From contig JAVLKG010000001.1 in assembly GCA_032128875.1 (NCBI GenBank), positions 921,453 through 985,452 of the forward strand: 64,000 bases of DNA, read 5' to 3'. This stretch comes from Candidatus Melainabacteria bacterium 17Bon1m (GTDB lineage Bacteria > Cyanobacteriota > Vampirovibrionia > Obscuribacterales > Obscuribacteraceae). The position numbers were made by a program, and so were the translations under genes. Of the stretch, positions 10,319 to 20,367 are shown in pieces. The stretch's first letter is position 1. Every line of letters begins with the position of its first letter. A model generated the notes under the pieces. The model saw nothing but the letters and a program-made list of their open reading frames with translations, had not been told where the DNA came from and did no database searches.

Positions 10319-10825
10319 TCATCCTTCGCGCGAGAGGTTTTTTGAAAACATCGGATCGTCGGAATTCACAATCAAAACTGGCTGCGTGCATCTTTCGATA
10401 GTGGCTGGATTCATAAAAACTGCGCCATCTGCATCCTCGATGTGAAAATGAATGGCACAATCGAACCATGGATTTTCTTCTGTTGCTTCGAAATCGTCTA
10501 GCTCGCTTCCGTCATCGAGCGAAATGAACGCAACAAGTGGTGCAAAACGTTTTGATTCTGAATATTTTTCAAAAAGGCGTGCCACCACTCTCAGCGCGTA
10601 ACGAAGAAAGTCGGTTTCGATGCCGAGGTCGAGGAGGCAAACATGGCAGTCCTCCTCTTCATTTACGTCAGCAATTTGGACGTTTAAAGTCTCCTCCGCT
10701 TGCGCCGGAAGCTTGAGCGATTTCCAATCACCGACTGCTTGCCAGTGAGGTTCCATCAATTTGTTCATGTGCATGGGCGGGCTCGTTTGGTTGTGAACCT
10801 TGAATTTAAACAAACACAAGCGCAT
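10319..10825 (-). CDS. Hypothetical acidic protein
   Basis: 168-aa ORF with protein-like composition; start may be downstream. Confidence 0.55.
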   Translation of the reverse strand: MRLCLFKFKVHNQTSPPMHMNKLMEPHWQAVGDWKSLKLPAQAEETLNVQIADVNEEEDCHVCLLDLGIETDFLRYALRVVARLFEKYSESKRFAPLVAFISLDDGSELDDFEATEENPWFDCAIHFHIEDADGAVFMNPATIERCTQPVLIVNSDDPMFSKNLSREG

Positions 10826-10896
10826 AGGATAGCGCTGAAAGAGATCTGCATCAACCAGTTCTCTTTCAGCTTTTTACCCAATACACCAAAACGTAC

Positions 10897-10970
10897 GGGA
10901 GCGGCATGCACATGGGAGCGGCATGCACATGGGATCCGCATGCTCCTGGGAGCGCCGGCGGCTCGCCGGC
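10897..10970. repeat. 17-bp tandem repeat GGGAGCGGCATGCACAT (2 exact, 1 degenerate) plus GC-rich palindrome
   Basis: Units at 10897, 10914, 10931; then GGGAGCGCCGGCGGCTCGCCGGC. Confidence 0.8.
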
Positions 10971-11009
10971 TTAGAGCGTTTATGCTACCACCATACGAAA
11001 TTTGTATTT

Positions 11010-11801
11010 CTAAAGCAGACCCATTTTCGTTAAGAGCGATTCTGTTATCTTCTTTGCGTTTCGTCCGTATGCGTTTTCGTTTGCTCGAACATTTGTTGCA
11101 AAAACGTATGTTTTATCCCCATGTTTTACGGCACCAACAAACCAGCCGAATTTTGCCCCGCTGCTCGTGCCCGTTTTACCGAACAAAGTATTGTTGCCTT
11201 CGGTCTTAAGTTTGATCAGTTTTCTTACATCGCTCATCGATTCTTTTTTGACAGGCAGCTTGTCTTCAAACAATTGCGTCAAGAAATCGACCTGTTCGAC
11301 AGGCGAAACCAATAGCGATCCACCTTTGCCCAACCAGAAATTCGTCAGTCCGCTCGAAATGTCTTCATTGCCGTATTTAAGTGTATGCAAGTAGTTTTGC
11401 ATTCGCTCTTTTCCAATCTTTTCCGCAACCTTTTGAAAGTACCAGACGACAGAATTGGTCATTGCACTCTGCATGTCTTGGTCTTGATTGTGAGTATCGA
11501 TTTCGCGTTTTTTTCCATCCCATTTCATCTTCGAATCGTCTACCTTCATGACGCCCGAATCAATGGCAATCAGCGAATTGACTATCTTGAAAGTTGAGCA
11601 GGGATTCTCGCGCTCTTTGAGCAATTTGTCATTGAAACGAACGGTGGAGCCGTCGCTCAAATCCTTCAATATAAAGGCTCCCGTATAACCTTTGAATTCG
11701 TTAGAAATCTCAGCGTTGGTGAGAGTGGATGGAGTTGCGGACAGTGCCGGAGTAACGGTGGCAAGCGCCAGAATCATAGAGACAGCAAATTTGCGCAGCA
11801 T
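11010..11801 (-). CDS. Class D (OXA-like) serine beta-lactamase or BlaR-sensor-like protein
   Basis: Signal peptide; PCSTFK, SVVW, YGN, FWL and KTG motifs. Confidence 0.85.
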   Translation of the reverse strand: MLRKFAVSMILALATVTPALSATPSTLTNAEISNEFKGYTGAFILKDLSDGSTVRFNDKLLKERENPCSTFKIVNSLIAIDSGVMKVDDSKMKWDGKKREIDTHNQDQDMQSAMTNSVVWYFQKVAEKIGKERMQNYLHTLKYGNEDISSGLTNFWLGKGGSLLVSPVEQVDFLTQLFEDKLPVKKESMSDVRKLIKLKTEGNNTLFGKTGTSSGAKFGWFVGAVKHGDKTYVFATNVRANENAYGRNAKKITESLLTKMGLL

Positions 11802-11997
11802 ATGCTTTCCTCCCGGGCGAATGTGAGTCGAGTTTTCTCATTCTGAGTTGCGGAGGTAAAAACCTATACCGGCGATTTGTTAGGGGCGGTAAGAACTGTG
11901 TTGATTTGTTTCCGGGAACATGTCAGCGCGCCTTTGCGTCTTCCGCTATTCTGGGAACAATGTACATAATACGGATTATGGTCTCGTGGTTTAACAC

Positions 11998-13896
11998 ATG
12001 CACCCCCAAAGCCTGAAGGCTGGACTGTTACCGTCTCTGAAAGCGCGCACCTCTAAGGCGTTGTGCTTTGCGCTTGCCTTTTGTCTGGTTTGTCCTTCGA
12101 TGCCTGTTCTGGCGGCTGAAGATGACGAGGCTGCTCTAGCGCGGGCTGAGAAGATTTTGTTCGGAAATGACAATCAGTCTGGCGATTTTGCCGAACGTTT
12201 GGTTCAAGTCGAAAAACGGATTTTTGGTCGCAAGAAGGGCGGCAGCGATGAGGAGCGGGTCGAACGCATCACATCGACGCTTTTAATTGACCGCAAGAAG
12301 TTGAAGGTTACGAGAAAGCCTGAAGCTAAGCCAGCTGCTGTCGAAGCAAAACAACCTGTAGTTGAAGCAAAGCAATCAGTAGTGGAAACAAAGCAATCTG
12401 TAGTTGAAACAAAGCAGGCTGCTGTTGAAGCCAAACCAGCGGACCCGGTAGCTCAGGCTTCTCCAGATCCGACGCAAGAGTCTTCACCTACTAAACCTGC
12501 GTCAGAAGCTCCGAGCGAGCCTGTTATCGAAGTCTCGAAGGAAGCGTCGAGTTCTGCAAAGGACACCGTTAAGGATATCGCCAAGCAATTTGGTGAGGAA
12601 TTTGCCAAAGATACTAGCTTGCAACCGGAAGCTAAAGTCGCTCATGAGGCGCCAACAAATTCGAAGCCGGCTAAGGGCAATGTTCAAAAAGGCAAAAAGA
12701 AAACCGTTGCAAAACGTGCTGGCAAGCAGCCTGTGACTGCAAGCATTAAAGCTGCAGAGAAAAAGCCGGAAGTCACACTTACTGCCGAGACAGCGGCGCT
12801 TGATGCGAGGAAAGTAGAAAAACGTCCAACGTCCCTTGAAACTCCAGTGACGTATTCGTCTTCTAGCAGCAACCGAATCTCTCGTGTTTCGGCTCCGAAA
12901 GTGAGTCAGGCTACAGCGCTGCTGCGCGAAGGTATGGAAGCGCACCGAAAGGGCGAGGACGCCAAAGCTGAACAGTTGTTCAAGAAAGTGGTCACGCTGG
13001 AGCCCCGCAATCCTGATGGTTACTACAACTTGGGAGCACTCGCCGAGAAGAAGAAAGACTTAGCAGGCGCGCTGATGAGCTATAGAGCAGCTTTGACACT
13101 CACGCCTAATGATCGCGAACTTCAAGACGCTGTTGACTCTGTGGAGTCACAATTGGGTGTCGAAACCTCAGGCTCGCACATGGCTAGAGAGTCCGGTCGA
13201 GCTGGTTCAGGTCACGCTTCACACGGTGGTTCGGGCACACATGCTGCCAACTCTCGGTCGAGTTCTTCACAGTCTTATTCGGCAAGTGAAGGAACGGCAG
13301 GTGCGGACCGTGAAGCTGAAGAAGTGCGTCGTGCCGAGATAAGAGAATACTATGGTCGCTCCAGCGATCGTGAAAACAGCGACCACGAGTACGGCGGTCG
13401 TGAATCCGTGGCACGTCGCGATCCGTTTGAAGGCAGAACACGACCAGATCCTTTTGAAAGTTCTGACCGGTTTGCATCGCAGCCAGGCGCTTATGGGTTT
13501 GGCCACAACCATCGCAGCGCTCACAGCGGACCTCAACCGGCTCCCAGTTATTATCGTGCCAGGGCAAAAACTACCCGCGAGATTCAGGAAGAGAATGCGC
13601 CTTACGCTGACGTAAACGATCCGGATGCGCCCATGTTGACGGTCGGGTCTCCGCCGCCTCCTGTTGCAAACGCCAATCAACCGCAGCCTTTCCAGCTCCA
13701 AACGCAGCGCAATCAGGCTGCCGCGCAAGCTGCCCAGAGGAAAGGACCGAGTGCTGCTGGAATTGCCACACGGGCATTGCTTGGAGTTGCGCTCTCTGTC
13801 GGTACCAGTTATGCGCTACGATCCACTGGGATGCACTGCCCCGTTTGTAGAATCGGCGGTGGCGGTGGAGCGCTGCGGGGGCTGTTGAGGTTTTAG
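11998..13896 (+). CDS. Secreted TPR-containing protein with low-complexity regions
   Basis: Signal peptide; TPRs (DGYYNLGALAE..DLAGAL.SY..AL.L.P.D); 5 x 7-aa VEAKQ repeats at ~12337-12441. Confidence 0.75.
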   Translation: MHPQSLKAGLLPSLKARTSKALCFALAFCLVCPSMPVLAAEDDEAALARAEKILFGNDNQSGDFAERLVQVEKRIFGRKKGGSDEERVERITSTLLIDRKKLKVTRKPEAKPAAVEAKQPVVEAKQSVVETKQSVVETKQAAVEAKPADPVAQASPDPTQESSPTKPASEAPSEPVIEVSKEASSSAKDTVKDIAKQFGEEFAKDTSLQPEAKVAHEAPTNSKPAKGNVQKGKKKTVAKRAGKQPVTASIKAAEKKPEVTLTAETAALDARKVEKRPTSLETPVTYSSSSSNRISRVSAPKVSQATALLREGMEAHRKGEDAKAEQLFKKVVTLEPRNPDGYYNLGALAEKKKDLAGALMSYRAALTLTPNDRELQDAVDSVESQLGVETSGSHMARESGRAGSGHASHGGSGTHAANSRSSSSQSYSASEGTAGADREAEEVRRAEIREYYGRSSDRENSDHEYGGRESVARRDPFEGRTRPDPFESSDRFASQPGAYGFGHNHRSAHSGPQPAPSYYRARAKTTREIQEENAPYADVNDPDAPMLTVGSPPPPVANANQPQPFQLQTQRNQAAAQAAQRKGPSAAGIATRALLGVALSVGTSYALRSTGMHCPVCRIGGGGGALRGLLRF

Positions 13897-13900
13897 TTAG

Positions 13901-14365
13901 TTGCAAAACCGCTTGATTCGGGCAACTTCTGTAATTGTCGTGTTTCTCATCGCCTTTTGCGCGCTGATGGGAAGCGCCGCTTGGGCTGATGATTCGCTGA
14001 GAATAGAACGTCCTAAGAGAACAGAGACTGCGCCTTCTTCGAAGCCAGCGGACACTGGCGCTGACGCGTGCTGCGGAACTGCTGCTTGCGGTAGTCCGGT
14101 GTGCACGGACAAAGAACTTGAAGAGAATATCTCGCTGGTCAGCGCCCTGCCTGCAGAAGGGCTGTTCGCCCGCTGGCGAAATGAGTTCGTCAACCCGACG
14201 ATGTGCCCGATTCGCTTATGCCATGGCAGCTGTGCACGCACTTCGATGGGCTGCAAGAACATCAAGACGATGATTGATTCACTTCTGGATGCCTATATCC
14301 CTGAAGAGCAACCGATTCAGGCTGTTCTAAATTTCAGATGCTGCGCTGGCTTTTCGGATGACTAG
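13901..14365 (+). CDS. Cys-rich secreted hypothetical protein
   Basis: TTG start 4 bp after upstream stop; signal peptide; 11 Cys. Confidence 0.55.
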   Translation: MQNRLIRATSVIVVFLIAFCALMGSAAWADDSLRIERPKRTETAPSSKPADTGADACCGTAACGSPVCTDKELEENISLVSALPAEGLFARWRNEFVNPTMCPIRLCHGSCARTSMGCKNIKTMIDSLLDAYIPEEQPIQAVLNFRCCAGFSDD

Positions 14366-14452
14366 TTGTTTGTATGGAGGCTGCATCAATGCCGCCCGTC
14401 AAAGGGAAGCCGCCGGCGCACCAATGGCATCAGTTCCGTTTGCACAAAGGCT

Positions 14453-14866
14453 TCAGTCCCGCCCACGCGCTTTGTCGAAGACTTTTAATGTCGCTGCGAA
14501 CCCGCCCGTCAACATACTTATGATCATCATCGTTAATCCGCCCAAAATTGGGGGCAAGACTCCGTGAATGGACAGGTGATCAGGAGCCACAACAGCAACC
14601 AGCTCAAGGGCTAAGGCTGGAAACACCCAGAATCCAAAAATCCAGAGAGGGATAAGTATAAGGAGCGCTAACCCAAGCGTGGTAATGGTCCACACCGTTG
14701 CAAGCATCATCGCCGCGGCCTCAACCACCCATAAGAGGAATGCAAAAATGATTGCCAATATGGCAGCATCGATAAAGCCACCTTTGAATTGAATCCCCGG
14801 AAGAGCCGGAAGCAAATACATAAAGGTGAGAGCTGTAGCTGCGGTCTTAAGCAGAAATTTGAACAT
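14453..14866 (-). CDS. Phage-holin-family (DUF360-like) 4-TM membrane protein
   Basis: LPGIQF.GG...AAI.A and TITTLGL motifs; four hydrophobic segments. Confidence 0.7.
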   Translation of the reverse strand: MFKFLLKTAATALTFMYLLPALPGIQFKGGFIDAAILAIIFAFLLWVVEAAAMMLATVWTITTLGLALLILIPLWIFGFWVFPALALELVAVVAPDHLSIHGVLPPILGGLTMMIISMLTGGFAATLKVFDKARGRD

Positions 14867-14932
14867 AATGAGGCGAAGTCGCCGGAAACCCTCAGTAAGC
14901 GAAACCAGGAGTACCTGTACGGATTGTAGCTC

Positions 14933-16957
14933 ATGTCGCAGTCGATTCTACTAATTGAAGACAGTCGCGCCCAGCTCAAAGCTGTGAGTGCGATTTTGCG
15001 CACAGAGGACTTTCAAATCTCCAGCGCGGCTTCGTTGCGTGAGGCATTGGCTTGTCTGGACTATACGAGTTTTGACTGCATTCTTTTAGACTTGTCGTTG
15101 CCTGATTCAGACGGGCTCGACACTCTTCGCGGCGTTCGCTCGAAAGCACGCAGCGCACCGCTGATTGTTCTTACTTCGACGGATGACCCTGTGCAAGTTG
15201 CTGAAGCGTTGCGCGAAGGCGCGCAGGACTATTTGATCAAAGGACGCATCGATGGCGAGCTGTTAAAACGTGCAATTCGCTACGGTATTGATCGCGCGCG
15301 TACACAAGAAATGGTGCGGCAAAGCGAAGAAAAATTTCGATTGCTTGTCGAAAGCGCAAGAGACTATGCGATTTTCATGCTTGATACTGAGGGAAACATT
15401 CTCACTTGGAGCGCAGGAGCAGAACGAATAACTGGCTATTCCGGAGATGAAATTCTGGGTAAAAACCTTTCGATTTTCTATCCCCAATCGGCCGTAGAAC
15501 GTGGTGAGCCGCAACATGGATTGCGCGAGGCGGTATTGAAAGGGCGTTACGAAGATGAAGGTTGGAGAAAGCGAAAAGACGGCACGCGTTACTGGGTGAA
15601 TTTCATCAACACACCTTTGTTTGATCAGGAGGGCAACCTCAGAGGATACGCCCGGATTGCGCGTGATACGACCGAAAAAAGAATCGCCGAAGAAACTTTG
15701 CGCCAGAAAATTGTTCTCGAACAAAAGATGGTGCTTGTCGATCTTTTGCAGTCTGTCACCATTGCAATCAATCTTGCTCCAACTGTTGAAGATGCTGTTG
15801 CCACGCTGCTCAAGGAAGTTTGCACTCACACGAAGTGGTCTGTTGGATGCGGAAATATTGTCGACACGGAATCGAAAGGAGAGTGTCAGGTTTCTAAAGT
15901 ATGGTACTTCCCTGAAGGTTTCAAAATTAGTGCGGATGATTCTGTTTTGCGCGAAAGACTTATATCGGGAGTGGGCATTGCCGGTAAGTCCTGGGCATCT
16001 GGTGCTCCTGTTTGGCTTGACGATATCGGCACCGATGACTCTGCGTTGTGCGTTTGGTTGAGTAAGCATAAAGGGCTCAAGAGTGGGCTTGCTGTCCCAG
16101 TCTATGAAGGCATGCGCTTGTTTGCCATTGTCGAATTCTTTGCTGCTGCCGGTGAAAAACCAGACGCACCATTCCTTGAAGTGATGGCAAACATTGGAAA
16201 GCAATTGACTGCAATCGTTGAGCGAAAACGGCTTGAACAGATGCTTGCCAAAGAGATGCAAAATCTCTCGCGCTCAAATGCTGAATTGCAAGAGTTTGCC
16301 AAAATTGCAGCGCACGATCTGCAAGAACCTCTCAAGTCTGTACAAGGTTTCGTAGATCTTTTAAAACGCAGGTATTCAGACCAACTGGGAGATGACGGAA
16401 AACGCTTTATAGCTTTTATCGATGATGCTGTCGTGAGAATGGAAGAGTTGATTCGCGGCGTCTTAAGCCACTCGAAAATTCGCTCTCAGGATAAACGTTT
16501 TGAACGTACGGATCTAAACGAAGTCATTCAGAAGGTGAAAGACAATCTAAGCGTTAGCATCGAGCAAACCGGGGCAATTATTAAATGCGACGACTTGCCG
16601 GTGGTTGTGGCCGATTCGTTGCAGATGGTGCAACTCTTCCAGAATCTGATAGCCAATGCTATGAAATTTCGCGATCCGGAGACGACGCCGGAAATTTATA
16701 TCAGTTGGCGAAATCAGGGCGGCGATTATCAATTTTCCGTCAAGGATAATGGAATCGGAATGGATAGTCGGTATCTCAACAAGATTTTTGGTATGTTTAG
16801 TCGCCTTAACGCCAAGACTGAATACCCGGGTACTGGGATCGGTCTTGCCATTTGCAAGAAGATTGTCGAACATCATGGAGGGGTTATCTGGGCCGAGTCC
16901 CAACTGGGCAAGGGATCGGAGATGTGCTTTTTGTTGCCGGATGAATCTAGGAGATAG
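14933..16957 (+). CDS. Hybrid sensor histidine kinase REC-PAS-GAF-HisKA-HATPase
   Basis: ILLDLSLPD receiver; DYAIFMLD..G PAS; AAHDLQEPL H-box; NLIANA, DNGIG and GTGIGLAIC boxes. Confidence 0.92.
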   Translation: MSQSILLIEDSRAQLKAVSAILRTEDFQISSAASLREALACLDYTSFDCILLDLSLPDSDGLDTLRGVRSKARSAPLIVLTSTDDPVQVAEALREGAQDYLIKGRIDGELLKRAIRYGIDRARTQEMVRQSEEKFRLLVESARDYAIFMLDTEGNILTWSAGAERITGYSGDEILGKNLSIFYPQSAVERGEPQHGLREAVLKGRYEDEGWRKRKDGTRYWVNFINTPLFDQEGNLRGYARIARDTTEKRIAEETLRQKIVLEQKMVLVDLLQSVTIAINLAPTVEDAVATLLKEVCTHTKWSVGCGNIVDTESKGECQVSKVWYFPEGFKISADDSVLRERLISGVGIAGKSWASGAPVWLDDIGTDDSALCVWLSKHKGLKSGLAVPVYEGMRLFAIVEFFAAAGEKPDAPFLEVMANIGKQLTAIVERKRLEQMLAKEMQNLSRSNAELQEFAKIAAHDLQEPLKSVQGFVDLLKRRYSDQLGDDGKRFIAFIDDAVVRMEELIRGVLSHSKIRSQDKRFERTDLNEVIQKVKDNLSVSIEQTGAIIKCDDLPVVVADSLQMVQLFQNLIANAMKFRDPETTPEIYISWRNQGGDYQFSVKDNGIGMDSRYLNKIFGMFSRLNAKTEYPGTGIGLAICKKIVEHHGGVIWAESQLGKGSEMCFLLPDESRR

Positions 16958-16960
16958 CTT

Positions 16961-17368
16961 GTGAAAAATCCCGTTGAAATTTTGCTGGTTGAAGACAGCC
17001 CTGGCGACATTGCCTTGACTGAGGAGGCCTTGAAGGAAAGTGGACTGCAGAATACCTTGACTATCGTCACGGATGGCGAACAGGCTATCGAATACCTGAG
17101 TAAGCGCGGTAAATACAAGGATGCCGGGAGCCCTGACCTTATTCTTCTTGACTTGAACATGCCAAAGAAGAGCGGGCACGAGGTTTTGGAAGTAATTAAG
17201 GATAATCCCAAGCTGGAAGAGATACCGGTGGTCGTTTTGACCGTGTCTGAGGCAGAAGAGGACATAGCTAGAGCGCTCGGGCTGAAGATGAACTACTACC
17301 TGAACAAACCCGTTAATGTTCAAAAGCTCGCTCCGATCTTGACGACCATCATCGAGCTTTGGAACTAA
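16961..17368 (+). CDS. Single-domain response regulator (Rcp1-like)
   Basis: ILLVEDSPGD, PDLILLDLNMPKK.G, IPVVVLT.S, KP. Confidence 0.9.
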   Translation: MKNPVEILLVEDSPGDIALTEEALKESGLQNTLTIVTDGEQAIEYLSKRGKYKDAGSPDLILLDLNMPKKSGHEVLEVIKDNPKLEEIPVVVLTVSEAEEDIARALGLKMNYYLNKPVNVQKLAPILTTIIELWN

Positions 17369-17370
17369 TC

Positions 17371-17530
17371 CGTGGGGGCGTGTTGCACGCGCCCTTTTTC
17401 CGTGATTATCGTGGGGGCGCGTTGCACGCGTCCTTTTTCCGTCATTATCGTGGGGGCGCGTTGCACGCGCCCTTTTTCTGTAGGGGCAGTGGCACGCGTC
17501 GCCCGCGGGCGGCATGTATGCCGCGCCTCT
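17371..17530. repeat. REP-like cluster: 3 x 39-bp palindromic units plus GTAG-type REP
   Basis: CGTGGGGGCG(C/T)GTTGCACGCG(C/T)CC at 17371, 17410, 17449. Confidence 0.9.
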
Positions 17531-17652
17531 TGAGGAAATAGTCGCAGTGTGCGGCTTCCATGGCGTTTTTAGGGTTTTTGCCTCCGGGAACGAAAGATTT
17601 TCAACGTCGTCGGTTTATTATGTTTACCGGTTGGCGCTGAATTGAGGTTGTT

Positions 17653-18843
17653 TTGACCCGGCGACGTTCTTCAATCGTCTTATCCGTCGTTTCACTTGTG
17701 GTTTGTGCAACCAGTGTTTCGTTTCACTCTAGTGCTGTTCTAGCGCAGAGTTCTTCAACGACCGCCTCTATGCCGGCTGTGGCTCCGTCTTTCTCAGGTC
17801 GCCCGTCGCAATCTAATCAATCAATGGGTGCGAACAGCGCTCGTAGGAATGCAGGAAAAACTTTAGATAGCCGTGCTGAAAACGGCGACGACAACTCTGC
17901 TGAAAGCGTTGGACGCAGCACGATGATGATGAAGGTAAAGCCTTCGACATTGCAGGGCAATGCTGTGCGCGAGGGCATCACGGGCGGTGGCGCAGACAAA
18001 CCCTTGCTTCAGGGCAACGTTCTAAGAGAAACAGCTCCAGATGATGCTTTCGCCGCTGCAGGTGTGACGAAGACCGATATCATGATTAAGAAACCAAAGC
18101 CCGCTCGCGTGGAGAAAGATGTCTACCGTGCTTGGGTCGGCAAAGCTCATCCGCAGTTTTCTTTGAAAGCCGACTCGATCGATCCGATTGAGATTGTTGA
18201 AGTAAAAGGGCAATGGGACAAAGCCGACCGAACATTGAAGAATCTCGGATTTCCTCACACAACAATCGGCGCCGGACAACTAAATCAGACTGGACTGGAG
18301 AGAACGAAGGTCCTGGTCATTAATTGTGCGGGCACATTGGATAGGCGTTCATTGCAAGGCATCAGAGATTTTGTTGCGCGAGGCGGTTATCTCCTGACCA
18401 CTGATTGGGCGCTCGATAACATGCTCAAGCAGACGTTTCCCGGTTTCGTTGAATGGAACAAAGGCAAGAGCAAAGGCAACGTGGTCGATGCTCAAGTAGT
18501 TTTGCCGGAGAAAGAGTTTTTTCAAGGAACAGTTTCGAATGCCAGCTGGAAACTCGATGAGGAAAGCCAGACACTGCGTGTGCTGAGACCTGATGCCGTG
18601 AAAGTGCTTGCTGTTAGTCGGGAATTGGCGAAGCTAGACCCGGACAGGCAGGGGATTCTTGCCGTGACCTTTGGATTTGGGCGAGGTAAAGTCCTGCATC
18701 TTGTCGGGCACTTTGACAATAACTCACTGCCGTTTTTGCCCCTTCACTTACCGGATCCTGCTCCTGTCATCGGCATTGGACTTCGTCAAGCGATGTCCGC
18801 GAATTTTGTAATTTCTGGTTTGGAACGCAACATCGCGCGTTAA
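17653..18843 (+). CDS. Secreted protein with C-terminal class I glutamine-amidotransferase-like domain
   Basis: Signal peptide; VLVINC, FV.RGGYL.TTDWA, FG.G.V motifs. Confidence 0.6.
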   Translation: MTRRRSSIVLSVVSLVVCATSVSFHSSAVLAQSSSTTASMPAVAPSFSGRPSQSNQSMGANSARRNAGKTLDSRAENGDDNSAESVGRSTMMMKVKPSTLQGNAVREGITGGGADKPLLQGNVLRETAPDDAFAAAGVTKTDIMIKKPKPARVEKDVYRAWVGKAHPQFSLKADSIDPIEIVEVKGQWDKADRTLKNLGFPHTTIGAGQLNQTGLERTKVLVINCAGTLDRRSLQGIRDFVARGGYLLTTDWALDNMLKQTFPGFVEWNKGKSKGNVVDAQVVLPEKEFFQGTVSNASWKLDEESQTLRVLRPDAVKVLAVSRELAKLDPDRQGILAVTFGFGRGKVLHLVGHFDNNSLPFLPLHLPDPAPVIGIGLRQAMSANFVISGLERNIAR

Positions 18844-18985
18844 GCTCGAGACTGGGCGACCCAAGCCTTTTCATCTTTTGACAAGCCTGTCTCTGGTAAT
18901 ATTCCGGGTTTAGGAAACCCCGGTTAAGAAATTCGCGCAAAATAAATCACGTAGACGCAAATCTATTCAGGCACAGGCACTTACG

Positions 18986-20176
18986 ATGACGAACAAGGTC
19001 CCTTTGTTTGGTGAACTTCTGGTCCAGCTGGGCTTTCTCAGTCCTGATGACCTGGAAGCTTCTATCAGAGAAGCTGTGCAACTTAGCTTGCCGCTTGGTC
19101 GGTCGCTGGTTTTATCCAACAAGGTCAGTGAGTCCGATGTCAATTTGACTGTGGCTCTGCAGTCAATGATGAAGATTTGGGATCTGCCGTTGGCGAAAGC
19201 GAAGATGGCGGTTCCACTCGCACGCAAAGAAGGTTTGTCCATTGCTGATGCTCTGGCACGATTGGGTTGGCGTACGCGTGCTCACAATACGCCGTCACCG
19301 AGTAGTTTGGGCGGCTTGCTTGTTGATTCTGGGCTTGTCACAAATGAGCAACTTGAAGAAGCTCAGCACGAGGGCTACAACTCCAATCTTCCTCTCGGGC
19401 GTGTTTTGATCCTCAAAGGTATAGTATCGCATTCGGTGCTGGCGAAAGTACTGGAAGTCCAACGAATGATCCGTGACGGCAATCTAACGTATGTGAGTGG
19501 TGCTAAAGAGTTGCGCAATCAAGCGTCTGCTGCACAGGGTTTGAAAATTAATCCAAAGCATAAGAGCGGGTCTTTTCAAAAACGGTCTATTCGGCTTGGT
19601 GAGTTTCTCATGCTTGCAGGTGTTCTTACTGAGAGCGACCTGATGAATGCGCTTGAGCTTGGACTAGAACGCCAATTAACCGTCGGTTCTGCACTGTTAG
19701 AGCTGGGTCTGCTTACTGAAAGTGTGCTTGAAGTAGCGCTGGTTCTGCAAGGAAAGATTCTCGGTGGCGATATTGAGCTACAGACAGGTGTGCGCGACTT
19801 AAGAAAAGCGGCTGGTTTGTCTGAACTACCTGAAGAGCACGAGGCCAGTCCCGAACAGCGAGTCGTCATAGGCGAACTGCTCAGGAAGTGCGGTTTGGTA
19901 GACGAAACTCAAATCAATAAGGCGATCGAGCTTACAGCAAGATATCCCTCTTTGATTGGAAAAATGCTCGTTGTTGCCGGTGCAATCGACGAAGCTACAT
20001 TGCTGGCTGCGCTAAGATGCCAATTCCTCATACGTCACAGAGCCATCACAGTTGTCGATGGCGTTCGTGCGCTGCAGCATGCAGCCAACAACGAAATTTC
20101 TCTCGATGACTCACTCGATGAATTGAGAATCAATGTTCCGTACAAGCTACGTCGTGATGTCCGTCTTCCCGGGTAG
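18986..20176 (+). CDS. Protein with four tandem MshEN-like modules
   Basis: Repeated xLGxxLxxxGxxxxxxL..(P)LGxxL motifs, e.g. RLGEFLMLAGVLTESDLMNALE. Confidence 0.7.
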   Translation: MTNKVPLFGELLVQLGFLSPDDLEASIREAVQLSLPLGRSLVLSNKVSESDVNLTVALQSMMKIWDLPLAKAKMAVPLARKEGLSIADALARLGWRTRAHNTPSPSSLGGLLVDSGLVTNEQLEEAQHEGYNSNLPLGRVLILKGIVSHSVLAKVLEVQRMIRDGNLTYVSGAKELRNQASAAQGLKINPKHKSGSFQKRSIRLGEFLMLAGVLTESDLMNALELGLERQLTVGSALLELGLLTESVLEVALVLQGKILGGDIELQTGVRDLRKAAGLSELPEEHEASPEQRVVIGELLRKCGLVDETQINKAIELTARYPSLIGKMLVVAGAIDEATLLAALRCQFLIRHRAITVVDGVRALQHAANNEISLDDSLDELRINVPYKLRRDVRLPG

Positions 20177-20256
20177 TTGGATTTTGGCTTTATTCATTTC
20201 AGAATCCCAACTTCCTTAGCTGATCTGCAAAACCCAGATGTTAGGTTTATATTTGC

Positions 20257-20308
20257 TGTAGGGGGACATTAATGCCGCCCGCGGGCGAGGCTTGGCGTCG
20301 CTCCTACA
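20257..20308. repeat. GTAG-type REP doublet
   Basis: TGTAGGGG...ATGCCGCCCGCGGGCG...GGCGTCGCTCCTACA; matches 60646-60729. Confidence 0.8.
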
Positions 20309-20335
20309 ATAATTTGGATACCACGTTTATCGCAG

Positions 20336-20367
20336 AAAAAAGCAGCACCATATTCGGTGCTGCTTTT
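20336..20367. terminator. Bidirectional intrinsic terminator
   Basis: AAAAAAGCAGCACC-ATATTC-GGTGCTGCTTTT between convergent genes. Confidence 0.85.

Noticed and set aside
14453-14866. Prophage suggested by a holin-family gene
   Set aside because: No phage structural, lysis or replication genes nearby; this family is commonly chromosomal.
17371-17480. CRISPR array
   Set aside because: The 15-bp linkers are nearly identical and too short to be spacers.
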